A stretch of DNA of 64,000 nt from an uncultured Oscillospiraceae bacterium (GTDB lineage Bacteria; Bacillota; Clostridia; Oscillospirales; Oscillospiraceae). The DNA is taken from positions 8,619-72,618 of the forward strand of contig CALXFT010000002.1 of NCBI GenBank assembly GCA_944387635.1, written 5' to 3'. The notes below the pieces were generated by a model, which was not told the origin of the DNA, did no database searches, and was given only the letters and a program-made list of their open reading frames with translations. Positions 27,551 through 37,704 of the stretch are shown here, piece after piece. A program made the translations under genes and the position numbers. Position 1 is the stretch's first letter. Every line of letters begins with the position of its first letter.

Positions 27551-28789
27551 ATGCGCCTGATGTGGCTGTGCAATATGATGCCCGGCGAAGTCCGGCAACG
27601 GATCACAGGCAAGGGCTCCGGCGGCGGACTGTGGGTGGACCAGGTCCTCAGCGGCCTGCGGGGCCTGGGCCTGACCGTCCGGATTCTGTGTCCCGGCGAC
27701 GGCGCCCGGGGCAGTCTGGATGACAAATGCGGCTTTGCCACCTTCCGGGAGGGCCTTCCCTATGTGTACCTGCCGGAGCTGGAGAAAGCCTTTTCTCAGG
27801 AGCTGGAGGCGTTCCGCCCCGATGTGCTCCATATCTGGGGTACGGAGTACGGCCACACCCTGGCCATGGTCCGCTCCGCGGAGGCTATGGGACTGCTGGA
27901 CCGGACCGTGGTCAGCATCCAGGGCCTGTGCTCGGTCTATGCCCGGCACTATGCCGAGGGGGTACCCTTCCGGGTTCAGCGGGGCTGGACCTTCCGGGAC
28001 CTGGCGCGCCGGGACAATATCCTGCGCCAGCAGCAGGCCTTTGCCCGCCGGGGGCGGCTGGAGGCTGCCGCCCTGGAGAAGACCCGCCACGTCATCGGCC
28101 GTACGGACTGGGACAGGGCCTGTGTCGAGCGAATCTCTCCCAAGGCCCGGTACCACTTCTGCAACGAGACCCTGCGGGAGCCTTTTTACGAGGGACAGTG
28201 GGACTACGGCCGGTGCCGGAAGCATAGAATCTTTGCCTCCAGCTGCACCTATCCCGTCAAGGGCTTCCACTATCTGCTGGAGGCCTTCGCCGAGGTGGTC
28301 AAGGACTACCCGGACGCCACCCTGGCAGTTCCCGGTAAGGACCCGGCCCAAGCCGGCCGGCTGCGCCGGACCAATTATCAGAAGTACCTGGCCGGTCAGA
28401 TCCGGGATCTGGGCCTGGAGGGAAGGGTATCCTTCCTGGGAAGCCTCAGCGCGGAGCAGATGAAGGCGGCTTTCCTGGAAGCCAACGCCTTTGCCCTGCC
28501 CTCCACCATTGAAAACTCTCCCAACTCCCTGGGGGAGGCCATGCTCCTGGGCGTGCCATGTGTGGCTGCCGACGTGGGGGGCGTGGCGGACCTGCTGGTC
28601 CGGGGGAAGGAAGGGTTTGTCTATCCCTCCACCGCCCCCTATATGCTGGCCTACTACCTGAAAACGGTCTTTGCCATGGGCGGCCTGGCCGGACAGATGG
28701 GCCTGGCGGCCAGAGCCCACGCCGGGAAGACCCACGACCCGGACAAGAACCTAAAGAATCTGACGGATATTTACGCGTCTCTGATCTGA
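27551..28789 (+). CDS. GT4 glycosyltransferase
   Basis: HIWGTE, SIQGL, IGRTDWD, IENSPNSLGEAM. Confidence 0.85.
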   Translation: MRLMWLCNMMPGEVRQRITGKGSGGGLWVDQVLSGLRGLGLTVRILCPGDGARGSLDDKCGFATFREGLPYVYLPELEKAFSQELEAFRPDVLHIWGTEYGHTLAMVRSAEAMGLLDRTVVSIQGLCSVYARHYAEGVPFRVQRGWTFRDLARRDNILRQQQAFARRGRLEAAALEKTRHVIGRTDWDRACVERISPKARYHFCNETLREPFYEGQWDYGRCRKHRIFASSCTYPVKGFHYLLEAFAEVVKDYPDATLAVPGKDPAQAGRLRRTNYQKYLAGQIRDLGLEGRVSFLGSLSAEQMKAAFLEANAFALPSTIENSPNSLGEAMLLGVPCVAADVGGVADLLVRGKEGFVYPSTAPYMLAYYLKTVFAMGGLAGQMGLAARAHAGKTHDPDKNLKNLTDIYASLI

Positions 28790-28811
28790 GCCGGGGAAGG
28801 AGGAGAAGACC

Positions 28812-29810
28812 ATGGACTGTCTGATCAGCGTCATTGTGCCGGTTTACAAGGTGGAGCCCTTTCTGGCCCGGTGCGTAGACTCCATCCTGGCCCAGACCTA
28901 TGAACATTTGCAGATCATTCTGGTGGACGACGGGTCGCCGGACAGCTGCCCGGCAATCTGCGAGGAATATGCCGCACGGGATTCCCGGGTGCAGGTGATC
29001 CACAAGGAAAACGGCGGCCTCAGCAGCGCCCGGAACGCGGGACTGGAGGCGGCCCGGGGGGAATACCTGTCCTTTGTGGACAGCGACGACTGGATCGAGC
29101 CGGATACTTACGAAGCCATGCTGGCCCTGGCTCTGGAGACGGGGGTAAAGCTGGTCTGCGCCGGGCGGTTCGACGTCAGCCAGAAGACGGGACAGAAAAC
29201 CGTGGGGCTGTGTCCGCCCCGGCGGGAAGTGATCTCCGGAGAGGAGCTGGCGGGCCGGATCTTTACCTGGGATCAGGTGGACTCCGCCGCCTGGGACAAG
29301 CTGTACCACCGCAGTCTGTTCCGGGAGCGGCGCTATCCTGTGGGGGTCATTGTGGAGGACGTACCCGTGACCTATGGCATCGCGCTGGAGGCGGGGCGGG
29401 CGGCCATGCTGAATAAGCCCGTCTACAACTACTTCCACCGCAAGGGCAGCATCACCAATGCCCCGGTTTCGGAGAAGACCTTTCACTTCTCCCGGCATAC
29501 GGCCCGGATTCTTTCCGATATTGAGCAGAATCACCCGGGGCTGCTCCCCCAGGCCAGATATCTGCGGGTCCGCTCTCTGACCTATAACCTGCTGACCCTG
29601 GAGAACGCCGGGCCGGAGGACCGGCAGCGGTTTTCGTGGGTGTACCGGGAATCCCTGGCGGCTCTGAGAAAACTGGGGCGGTTCGTGCTGACCGGTCCCT
29701 TCTTCGGCCGGCAGGAGCGGCTCACCGCCCTGCTGCTGGCGGCGGGGCTCTACCGCCCCATGCGCGTGCTTTACCGTATTTTGAAACCGAACCATGGGAG
29801 AAACGGATGA
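28812..29810 (+). CDS. GT2 glycosyltransferase
   Basis: SVIVPVYK, LVDDGSPD, NGGLSSARN, FVDSDD. Confidence 0.9.
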   Translation: MDCLISVIVPVYKVEPFLARCVDSILAQTYEHLQIILVDDGSPDSCPAICEEYAARDSRVQVIHKENGGLSSARNAGLEAARGEYLSFVDSDDWIEPDTYEAMLALALETGVKLVCAGRFDVSQKTGQKTVGLCPPRREVISGEELAGRIFTWDQVDSAAWDKLYHRSLFRERRYPVGVIVEDVPVTYGIALEAGRAAMLNKPVYNYFHRKGSITNAPVSEKTFHFSRHTARILSDIEQNHPGLLPQARYLRVRSLTYNLLTLENAGPEDRQRFSWVYRESLAALRKLGRFVLTGPFFGRQERLTALLLAAGLYRPMRVLYRILKPNHGRNG

Positions 29811-31195
29811 AACGACAGAACCGTGTAGCATTTTTCAACATTCTCAGCACCATACTGCTCAACGGGATCTCCATCTTCACCGGGCCGCTGTTTTCCAGAC
29901 TTCTGGGAACCAGCGGCTACGGGTATTTGCGGGTCTATAACGTCTGGGTCAGCGTGATCGCCATCGTCTTCACCTTGCAGACCCAGGGGACCCTGGTCAA
30001 TGCCCGGGTGGAATATGCCGAACAGGAGCAGAAAAAATACCATTCCTCCGCCATGAGCCTGTCTATGGCGGTGTTTCTGGCGTGCAGCGCCCTGGTATTG
30101 GCGTTCCGGGAACCGATCTCGGAGCTGCTCATGCTGGAAAAGCCTCTGATTTATCTGATGCTCATCCAGGCCTTCGGCACCTTCTGCGTCAACTTTCTGA
30201 ACACCAAGTTCGTCTACGAGTTTAAGGCGGGGCGGAACATGGTCACCTCCCTGGCCGTGACCCTGACCACCCTGGTCCTGTCTCTGGTTCTGGTCCTGAA
30301 CATGCCCCTGGAGGTCCGCTACTATGGCCGGGTCATTGCCATTGCCGCCACCTACGGCCTTCTGGGCATTCCCATCTGCATTTCCATTCTGGCTGCCGGA
30401 AAGACCTTCTTCCACAAAGGATACTGGAAATTCTGTCTGGCCCTTGCCATTCCGTCGGTTTTTTACAATCTTTCGGACCTGGTCCTGGGGCAGAGCGACC
30501 AAATCATGCTTCAGCAGATGCTCAGTGAGTCGGAAGTGGGCAAGTACAGCATGGCCTATAACCTGGCCAACGTGATGTTCGTGATTTTCGGCGCCCTGAA
30601 CAAGACCTGGTGTCCCTTCTTCTTCGAGGACATCAAGCTGGGCAGGCACACCCAGATCCAGGACCGGTCCCGGAACTTTCTGGAGCTGTACACGGTCCTC
30701 TCCGTGGGCTTCATTCTGCTGGCTACGGAGGTCTACCACATATATGCCGGCCGGGACTTCTGGGACAGCACCGGCCTGGTCCCCATTTTCGTCACCAGCT
30801 ATTATCTGAATTTCCTGTGCACCTTCCCGGTCAATTACGAGTACTACCGGAAGAAGACCAAGGCGGTGGCGGCGGTGACCATCGCGGCCTCCCTGCTGAA
30901 CATCGGCCTGAACTACTGCTTCATTCAGCTCTGGGGCATGATGGGCGCGGTTCTGGCTACGGCCATTTCCCACGGCTTCCAGCTTACGGCCCACTATGTG
31001 TACACCCGGTATTTCCTGGGAAAAGCGGACTACCCCTTCGGCGTGAAGCTTTGGTGGAAGTACGCGGCGGCCTATTTTGCCATGCTGGCCTTTGTGCACC
31101 TGACGAAGGACCACTGGCTTCTGCGCTGGGGGACCGGCGCGGCCATCGGCGTGTGGGAGCTACTGCGAATCCGCAGGCGCAAGGTCCTGATCTGA
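29807..31195 (+). CDS. wzx: Wzx-type flippase (MOP family)
   Basis: Polytopic, about 12-14 TM; GPLFSRLLGTSGYG, DQIMLQQM, VGKYSMA, GMMGAVLAT. Confidence 0.85.
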   Translation: MKRQNRVAFFNILSTILLNGISIFTGPLFSRLLGTSGYGYLRVYNVWVSVIAIVFTLQTQGTLVNARVEYAEQEQKKYHSSAMSLSMAVFLACSALVLAFREPISELLMLEKPLIYLMLIQAFGTFCVNFLNTKFVYEFKAGRNMVTSLAVTLTTLVLSLVLVLNMPLEVRYYGRVIAIAATYGLLGIPICISILAAGKTFFHKGYWKFCLALAIPSVFYNLSDLVLGQSDQIMLQQMLSESEVGKYSMAYNLANVMFVIFGALNKTWCPFFFEDIKLGRHTQIQDRSRNFLELYTVLSVGFILLATEVYHIYAGRDFWDSTGLVPIFVTSYYLNFLCTFPVNYEYYRKKTKAVAAVTIAASLLNIGLNYCFIQLWGMMGAVLATAISHGFQLTAHYVYTRYFLGKADYPFGVKLWWKYAAAYFAMLAFVHLTKDHWLLRWGTGAAIGVWELLRIRRRKVLI

Positions 31196-31247
31196 GGTTC
31201 CGGCTTCGGGTTTTTGGAATATCCGGGCCAAGGGCCGGCGATTAGGG

Positions 31248-31276
31248 TTGAAATCGGCCCTGCAATGGTGTATAAT
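31248..31276 (+). promoter_or_regulatory. SigA promoter of glycan operon 2
   Basis: TTGAAA-17-TATAAT. Confidence 0.78.
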
Positions 31277-31427
31277 ACCATTGAATTGTTGCTTTTGCAC
31301 TGGAATATTAAAGGAACCGGGGGCGCGGGCGGAAGGGCTCGCGGAACCCTTCCTTGAAAGAGAATGACCTGTCCCGACGGCGTCAGACCGCTTCGGGGTC
31401 GCAATATTCGCGTGAGGTTGATGGACG

Positions 31428-32564
31428 ATGAAAAAGAAGGTTCTGTTTGTGGCGACTGTGGTCAAAACCCACATTATGCAGTTCCATATTCCCTATCTGC
31501 GGATGTTTCAGCAGATGGGCTGGGAGACCGCTGTGGCTGCCAGAAACGACTATGAAAACCCTCCGGACTGTCAGATCCCTTACTGTGATGAATACTACAA
31601 CATCCCCTTTGAGCGGGCGCCCTGGAAGAGCCGGAATATCCGGGCCTACCGGGCTCTGAAAAAGGTCATCGACGAGGGCAATTACGACCTGATCCACTGC
31701 CACACCCCTGTGGGAGCGGCCATTGCCCGGCTGGCGGCCCTGAACGCCCGGAAGCGGGGGACCAAGGTGATCTACACCGCCCACGGCTTCCACTTCTTTA
31801 CGGGGGCGCCGATGATGAACTGGCTCGTGTTCTACCCGGCGGAGTGGCTGCTGTCCTTTGTGACGGACGTGCTGATCACCATCAACCGGGAGGACTACGT
31901 CCGGGCGAAAAAACATCTGCATGCCAAGCGCCTGGAGTATGTGCCGGGCGTGGGCATCGACACCCAAAAGTTCCGCCAGGTGGAGAAAGACCCCATGGAA
32001 AAGCGGCGGGAGCTGGGCTATGACGGCGAGGACTTCCTGATCCTGACCGTGGCGGAAATGACCCGCAACAAAAATCACATCACCATTCTGAAGGCACTGT
32101 CCCTGCTGCGGGACACGCCGGAATTTTCCTATATGCACTATCTGATCTGCGGCCTGGGTGAGGTCTGGGAGACCCTGGTCTACGAGGCCAAGGTCCTGGG
32201 CGTGGCGGACCATGTGCACTTCCTGGGCTACCGGAAGGACGTGCGGGAGCTGTACGCGTGCAGCGACCTGTTCGCCTTTATGCCCTTCCGGGAGGGCCTG
32301 TCGGTTGCCCTCATGGAGGCTATGAGCAGCGGCATGCCCGTGGTCTGCTCCCGGATTCGGGGCAACCGGGACCTGATCCAGGACGGCGTCAGCGGCGTCT
32401 TCGCGGAGAACAATCCGGAGGCTGTGGCGGAGGCGATTTTGAAGCTGTACGGGGATCCGGAATACCGGACGGCCTTGGGCAGAGCTGCCGCAGAACAGGT
32501 GTGGCAGTATGACAATGTGAACGTTCACAAACGAATGAAAGAGATTTACGAGAGCCTGGGCTGA
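31428..32564 (+). CDS. GT4 glycosyltransferase, EpsD-like
   Basis: KVLFVATV, FHIPYL, HCHTPVG, YTAHGFHF, REGLSVALMEAM. Confidence 0.85.
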   Translation: MKKKVLFVATVVKTHIMQFHIPYLRMFQQMGWETAVAARNDYENPPDCQIPYCDEYYNIPFERAPWKSRNIRAYRALKKVIDEGNYDLIHCHTPVGAAIARLAALNARKRGTKVIYTAHGFHFFTGAPMMNWLVFYPAEWLLSFVTDVLITINREDYVRAKKHLHAKRLEYVPGVGIDTQKFRQVEKDPMEKRRELGYDGEDFLILTVAEMTRNKNHITILKALSLLRDTPEFSYMHYLICGLGEVWETLVYEAKVLGVADHVHFLGYRKDVRELYACSDLFAFMPFREGLSVALMEAMSSGMPVVCSRIRGNRDLIQDGVSGVFAENNPEAVAEAILKLYGDPEYRTALGRAAAEQVWQYDNVNVHKRMKEIYESLG

Positions 32565-32587
32565 GGCTCCCATGAAGGAGGCAGGGC

Positions 32588-33568
32588 ATGCGCGGAACGC
32601 TGATCGTATCCCTGGATTTTGAACTGTTCTGGGGAATGCTGGATGTGTGTCCCCTGGAGGACTACCGGGAAAACGTCCTGGGCGGCCGGGCGGCCATCCC
32701 GAAGCTGCTGGACCTGTTTCAGAAATACGGAATTCACGCCACCTGGGCTTCCGTGGGCTTTCTCTTCGCCGAAAACGCCTCCGAGCTGGCGGCCTACTTC
32801 CCCGGTGAGGACTGCCGCCCTTCCTATGAAAAAAAGGACCTGTCCCCCTATCCCCGGTTCCAAACTATCGCCGGCGGGGAGGCGGACGCGCCTTGCTTCT
32901 ACGCCCCCTCCCTGATCCGCCGGATCGCCGCAGTACCGGGACAGGAGATTGGCAGCCACACCTTTTCCCACTACTACTGCCGGGAGAAGGGCCAGACGGC
33001 GGAGCAGTTCGCCGCCGACATCCGGGCGGCCAAGGCCATTGCCCGGGACAGCGGGTTCGACCTGAAGTCCGTGGTGCTGCCCAGAAACCAGTGCCGCCCC
33101 GCGTACACCCAGATCCTGCGGGAGGCGGGCTTTACAGCCTACCGGGACGAGGAGAACGACTGGATTCACAGAAAGATCCAGTTCCGGCCCCTGCAGCGGG
33201 GCCTGCGGCTGCTAGATGTGTACCTGCCCCTGACGGGCCTGGGCGGCAGCCGCCCAAAAAACGAAAATGGGATCTGGAACCTCACCGGTTCCAGAATGTA
33301 TAAGCCGATCTTCCCGCCCCTGGCCTTCCTGGAGGGGCTCAAGATTCACAGGATCAAAACCCAGATGCGCCACGCGGCCCGGAAGGGACTGACCTTCCAC
33401 CTGTGGTGGCACCCCCACAATATCGGGGTGCGGACCGGGGAGCACCTGAAGCAGCTGGAGGAGATCTTCGCCTACTACCAGACCCTGCGGGAGGAATACG
33501 GCATGGAGAGCCGGAACATGGCGGAGGCCGCCCTGGCCTGCGCGCGGACACAGGAGGAGCGGCCATGA
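32588..33568 (+). CDS. Polysaccharide deacetylase (NodB/CE4-like)
   Basis: SLDFELFWG, ATWASVG, EIGSHTFSHYY, FHLWWHPHN. Confidence 0.8.
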   Translation: MRGTLIVSLDFELFWGMLDVCPLEDYRENVLGGRAAIPKLLDLFQKYGIHATWASVGFLFAENASELAAYFPGEDCRPSYEKKDLSPYPRFQTIAGGEADAPCFYAPSLIRRIAAVPGQEIGSHTFSHYYCREKGQTAEQFAADIRAAKAIARDSGFDLKSVVLPRNQCRPAYTQILREAGFTAYRDEENDWIHRKIQFRPLQRGLRLLDVYLPLTGLGGSRPKNENGIWNLTGSRMYKPIFPPLAFLEGLKIHRIKTQMRHAARKGLTFHLWWHPHNIGVRTGEHLKQLEEIFAYYQTLREEYGMESRNMAEAALACARTQEERP

Positions 33569-34614
33569 AGGTGATGCACGTTCTCAACTCCCGGATCTAT
33601 TCCGGCGCGGAAAAGGTGGTCTGCCAGATCATCAAGACCTTTGAGAAAAAGGGCGTCCCCATGGTCTATTGCAGCCCGGACAGCGATATCGTCCGGCAGA
33701 TGCTGGCGGAGCAGGACGTGACCTTCCTGCCTGTGAAGTCCCTGACTCCGGGAAATCTGAAGGCAGTGATTCGGGCGGAAAAGCCGGATATCATCCACGC
33801 CCACGACATGCGGGCCGGATTCGTCAGCGCCCTGTGCTGCGGAAAGATCCCCCTGATCTCCCATATCCACAACAACGCCTACGACGCCAGGGGCCTGTCG
33901 GCCAAATCCGTGGCTTACCTGATCGCGGGCTTCAAGGCGAAAAAGATTCTCTGGGTGTCCCAAAGCTCCTACGAAGGGTATCTGTTCCACAAATTCTTTG
34001 AAAAGAAAAGCCAGGTGCTCTACAACATCATCGACCGGGAGCAGATATACCGGAAGAAGGCCCAGGACCCCAATGTCTACGACTTTGACTTGATCTATGT
34101 GGGAAGACTTACTTACCAGAAAGATCCCCAGCGGCTCATGAGACTGTGCGCCCGGCTGAAGGCGGAAAAGCCCGACCTGAAGGCGGCGGTGGTGGGTACC
34201 GGGGAGCTGGAGGAGGAGACCCGGCAGCTGTGCCGGGAGCTGGGCCTGGAGGCCAATGTGCGATTCCTTGGCTTCCAGAGCAATCCCATAAAAATGATGG
34301 CATGCAGCAAAGCTCTGGTCCTGACCTCCCGCTGGGAGGGGACCCCCATGTGCGCCCTGGAGGCCATGGCCCTGGGGACCCCGGTGGTGAGCACTCCCTC
34401 CGACGGCATGAAGGACCTGATCCGCAGCGGCGTGGACGGCTACCTGTGCCAGGAGGACGAGGACCTGGCCCGGAGCTTGCTGCGTATCTTCCGGGAGCCG
34501 GAACACCGGGAGGAACTGTCCCGGCACGCCATGGAGACCTTCGCCCGGATCAACGACGCCGACAGCTACTATCAGACCATAGAGAGCTGCTATGGCGGAA
34601 GAGGAAGCTTATGA
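33565..34614 (+). CDS. GT4 glycosyltransferase
   Basis: SGAEKV, IHAHD, VGRLTYQKD, WEGTPMCALEAM. Confidence 0.87.
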   Translation: MKVMHVLNSRIYSGAEKVVCQIIKTFEKKGVPMVYCSPDSDIVRQMLAEQDVTFLPVKSLTPGNLKAVIRAEKPDIIHAHDMRAGFVSALCCGKIPLISHIHNNAYDARGLSAKSVAYLIAGFKAKKILWVSQSSYEGYLFHKFFEKKSQVLYNIIDREQIYRKKAQDPNVYDFDLIYVGRLTYQKDPQRLMRLCARLKAEKPDLKAAVVGTGELEEETRQLCRELGLEANVRFLGFQSNPIKMMACSKALVLTSRWEGTPMCALEAMALGTPVVSTPSDGMKDLIRSGVDGYLCQEDEDLARSLLRIFREPEHREELSRHAMETFARINDADSYYQTIESCYGGRGSL

Positions 34615-35693
34615 AAATTCTGCAAGTTCTGCCCTACTTCTGCTTCGGCGGGGCGGAGATCATGTGCGAGAACCTGACCCGGGCTCAGCTGGCCCTGGGG
34701 CAGGATGTGACGGTGGTCTGCCTGTACAACAGGCCCACCCCCATTTCCCGGAGGATGGAGCAGGCGGGGGTCCGAATCCTCTGGCTGGATAAGCAGCCGG
34801 GGCTGGACCTGTCCATGGTGCCGAAGCTCCGGCGCGTTTTTCGGCAGGAGCGGCCCCACGTGGTCCACACCCATCTGGATGTGATCAAGTACGCCGCCGC
34901 CGCTGCCCATATGGAAAAGATTCCCTGCTGCGTCCACACCGTCCACTCCGTAGCGGACAAGGAGGCCGAGGGCAGAATCCAGAAGTGGATCAACAACGCC
35001 TACTTTCGCCTGGGCTGGTCCCTTCCCGTGGGCCTGAGCCGGGAGGTGCGCGGGTCCATCGCGGAATTTTACGGCCTGGAGAAGGAAAAGATCCCCATGA
35101 TCCCCAACGGCATCGACCTGTCCCGGTGCCGTCCCAAGGACAGCTACGGCCTGGGACAGACCGTGAACCTGGTCCATGTGGGCCGGTTCGACGTGCCGAA
35201 AAATCACGAAGGACTGCTGCGCGCCTTCCAAAAGCTCCACAGCCGGGACGGCCGGTGGCGGCTGACCCTGGTGGGAGACGGAGATCTGCGGCCCGCCATG
35301 GAGGAACTGGCCAGGGAGCTGGACATTCTGCGGTGGGTGGACTTCTGCGGCATGCGGCAGGACGTGTACCCCTATCTTCAGCAGGCGGATATTTTTATCC
35401 TGCCGTCGCTGTATGAGGGCAACCCCATGACCATCATTGAGGCCATGGGTACGGGTCTGCCCATTGTGGCCAGCCGGGTAGGCGGCATTCCGGACATGCT
35501 GGAAGACGGGAAGACGGGACTGCTGGTCCCCTGCCAGGTGGACGCCATTTGCGCCGCCTGCGAGACCCTGGCCGGGGATGAGAACCTGCGCCAGGACCTT
35601 GGCCAGCAGGCCAGGCGGGACAGTGTCCGGTTCTCCGCCCAGAGCATGGCCCGGCAATACTGCGAAGTTTACGAAGCCCGGCTGAAAGGCTGA
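34611..35693 (+). CDS. GT4 glycosyltransferase
   Basis: GGAEIM, VHTH, VGRFDVPKN, YEGNPMTIIEAM. Confidence 0.87.
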   Translation: MKILQVLPYFCFGGAEIMCENLTRAQLALGQDVTVVCLYNRPTPISRRMEQAGVRILWLDKQPGLDLSMVPKLRRVFRQERPHVVHTHLDVIKYAAAAAHMEKIPCCVHTVHSVADKEAEGRIQKWINNAYFRLGWSLPVGLSREVRGSIAEFYGLEKEKIPMIPNGIDLSRCRPKDSYGLGQTVNLVHVGRFDVPKNHEGLLRAFQKLHSRDGRWRLTLVGDGDLRPAMEELARELDILRWVDFCGMRQDVYPYLQQADIFILPSLYEGNPMTIIEAMGTGLPIVASRVGGIPDMLEDGKTGLLVPCQVDAICAACETLAGDENLRQDLGQQARRDSVRFSAQSMARQYCEVYEARLKG

Positions 35694-35714
35694 GGGGCGG
35701 AATTGGAGAGAGAT

Positions 35715-36701
35715 ATGGGATCCCAGAAGATCACGGTGATTGTGCCGGCTTACAATACGGCTCCCTGGCTGGTCCGGTGCCTGGACAGCCTGCTGAACCA
35801 GACCTATCCGGATCTGGAGGTCATCGTGGTCAACGACGGCTCCACCGATGACACCGGCCGAATCCTGGACGCCTACGCCGCGGAGCACCCCAGGGTAAGG
35901 GCCATTCACAAGGAAAACGGCGGCGTCACCTCGGCCCGGCTCCGGGGGCTCAGGGAGGCCACGGGAGATTGGATCGGATTTTCCGACGCCGACGACGCGG
36001 CGGAGCCGGAGATGTACCAGCGGCTGATGAAAAACGCCCTGGAACACGGGGCGGACATTGCCCACTGCGGCCATCGGGTGTGCTTCCCCGACGGGCGGAT
36101 TGTGAAGGTCCACGGCACCGGCTGCCTGCGCGTTCAGGACAACCTGACGGGGCTGCGGGATCTGATGGACGGGGGCCAGGTGGAGTCCAGCCTGTGCACC
36201 AAACTGTTCCGCCGGAAGCTCTTCGAAGGACTGGAGGAGTGGATGCTCCCCCAGATCCGGAACAACGAAGACTATTTGATGAATTACTATCTATTCGCCC
36301 GGAGCGCCACATCGGTCTATGAGGATGTATGCCCGTATCATTACCTGCTGCGCCCCGGTTCCGCCTCCTACCGGGTCCTGAACCGGAACAGCGTGTTTGA
36401 TCCCATTCAGGTCCGCCGGTATATTCTGCGCGGCTGCGGACCGGAGCTGGAGGCGGACGCCCGGAAAGCGCTGCTGCGAAACTGCCTGTTTGCCTATGCC
36501 CAGCTGTCTGTGTACCGGGGACCCGGCGCCTGCGAATACCGCCGGGAGGTCCGGCAGCTGCTGGCAGGGGAGCGCCAGTGGTTTCCCCTGCTTTCCCGGA
36601 GGAACCGGCTGCTGGCGAACATGATCTGTCACACGCCCTGGCTGTTCACCCTGGCCTATGGCCTGTATGTGAAGGTGTTTCAGCGGGAAGAACAACATTA
36701 G
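35715..36701 (+). CDS. GT2 glycosyltransferase
   Basis: TVIVPAYN, VNDGSTD, FSDADD. Confidence 0.88.
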   Translation: MGSQKITVIVPAYNTAPWLVRCLDSLLNQTYPDLEVIVVNDGSTDDTGRILDAYAAEHPRVRAIHKENGGVTSARLRGLREATGDWIGFSDADDAAEPEMYQRLMKNALEHGADIAHCGHRVCFPDGRIVKVHGTGCLRVQDNLTGLRDLMDGGQVESSLCTKLFRRKLFEGLEEWMLPQIRNNEDYLMNYYLFARSATSVYEDVCPYHYLLRPGSASYRVLNRNSVFDPIQVRRYILRGCGPELEADARKALLRNCLFAYAQLSVYRGPGACEYRREVRQLLAGERQWFPLLSRRNRLLANMICHTPWLFTLAYGLYVKVFQREEQH

Positions 36702-36712
36702 GAGAGAACTGC

Positions 36713-37696
36713 ATGAATGACCTTCCGCTGCTGAGCGTGATCGTTCCGGTGTATAACGTGGAAACATATCTGGACCGCTGTATTGGTTCCCTTGTGGAGC
36801 AGACCTATTCCAATCTGGAGATTTTTCTGGTGGACGACGGTTCCGCGGACGGCAGCGGCGGCATCTGCGACGCCTGGGCAGCCAGGGACAGCCGGATCCA
36901 TGTGATCCATACCCGGAACCGGGGGGCTGGCGCTGCCCGGAACCTGGCCCTGGACCTGGCCAAAGGGGCGCTGATCGGCTTCGTGGACAGCGACGACTAT
37001 ATCCATCCGAATATGTACCGCAGACTCTACGGCATGCTGACCGAGGATGTGGATATTGCCGAGTGTGACCTGGTGGTCACCGAGGAGGACCACTGCTCCC
37101 TGGACGACGGACATGCCGGAAACAGCCGGGTCTATCCGGCGGTGGAGGCTATGCGCCTGCACATCCGGGACGAGGCCTTCTGCCAGACCATCTGGAATAA
37201 GCTCTACCGCAGAGAGATGATCGGCCCCATCCGCTTCCCTGAGGGGCATCTGATTGACGACGAGTTTTGGGCTTATCAGGTCATCGGCAATGCCCGGGCT
37301 CTTGCCCGATGCACCGACCGCATGTACGCCTACCGGCAGCAGACCGGCAGCGTCATGCACAGAAAATACTCCCTGGCCCGGCTGGAGGGCGTGCGCGCCA
37401 AACAGCAGCGGCTGGAATATCTGAAGGTTCACATGCCCCAGCTGGTGGAAGAGGCAAAGCGGGACCTGTACTTTACCTGCGTCTACGCCATGCAGGGCAG
37501 TCTGCGGTTCCTGCCCAAGGAGGACCGTACCCAGGCGCGGACCGTGCTGTGCGGCGCGGTAAAGGCCCTTAAGCCCATTTCCGTCAGCGCCGAGCTGTCC
37601 CTGGGAAAGAACCTGCTGGTGATCCTGGGCCAGATTTCCCTGGTGGGTGTGAGCCGGATTCTGAACTTCCTGGTCCGAATCCATGTCCTGACTTGA
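36713..37696 (+). CDS. GT2 glycosyltransferase
   Basis: SVIVPVYN, VDDGSAD, FVDSDD, EGHLIDDEF. Confidence 0.88.
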   Translation: MNDLPLLSVIVPVYNVETYLDRCIGSLVEQTYSNLEIFLVDDGSADGSGGICDAWAARDSRIHVIHTRNRGAGAARNLALDLAKGALIGFVDSDDYIHPNMYRRLYGMLTEDVDIAECDLVVTEEDHCSLDDGHAGNSRVYPAVEAMRLHIRDEAFCQTIWNKLYRREMIGPIRFPEGHLIDDEFWAYQVIGNARALARCTDRMYAYRQQTGSVMHRKYSLARLEGVRAKQQRLEYLKVHMPQLVEEAKRDLYFTCVYAMQGSLRFLPKEDRTQARTVLCGAVKALKPISVSAELSLGKNLLVILGQISLVGVSRILNFLVRIHVLT

Positions 37697-37704
37697 GGTG
37701 GCCT

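Noticed and set aside
31312-31325. AAGGAACCGGGGG as the start of a c-di-AMP riboswitch
   Set aside because: The downstream conserved elements (GGGGUGAAUC, CCCGAA, GUCAGCUAA) are absent.
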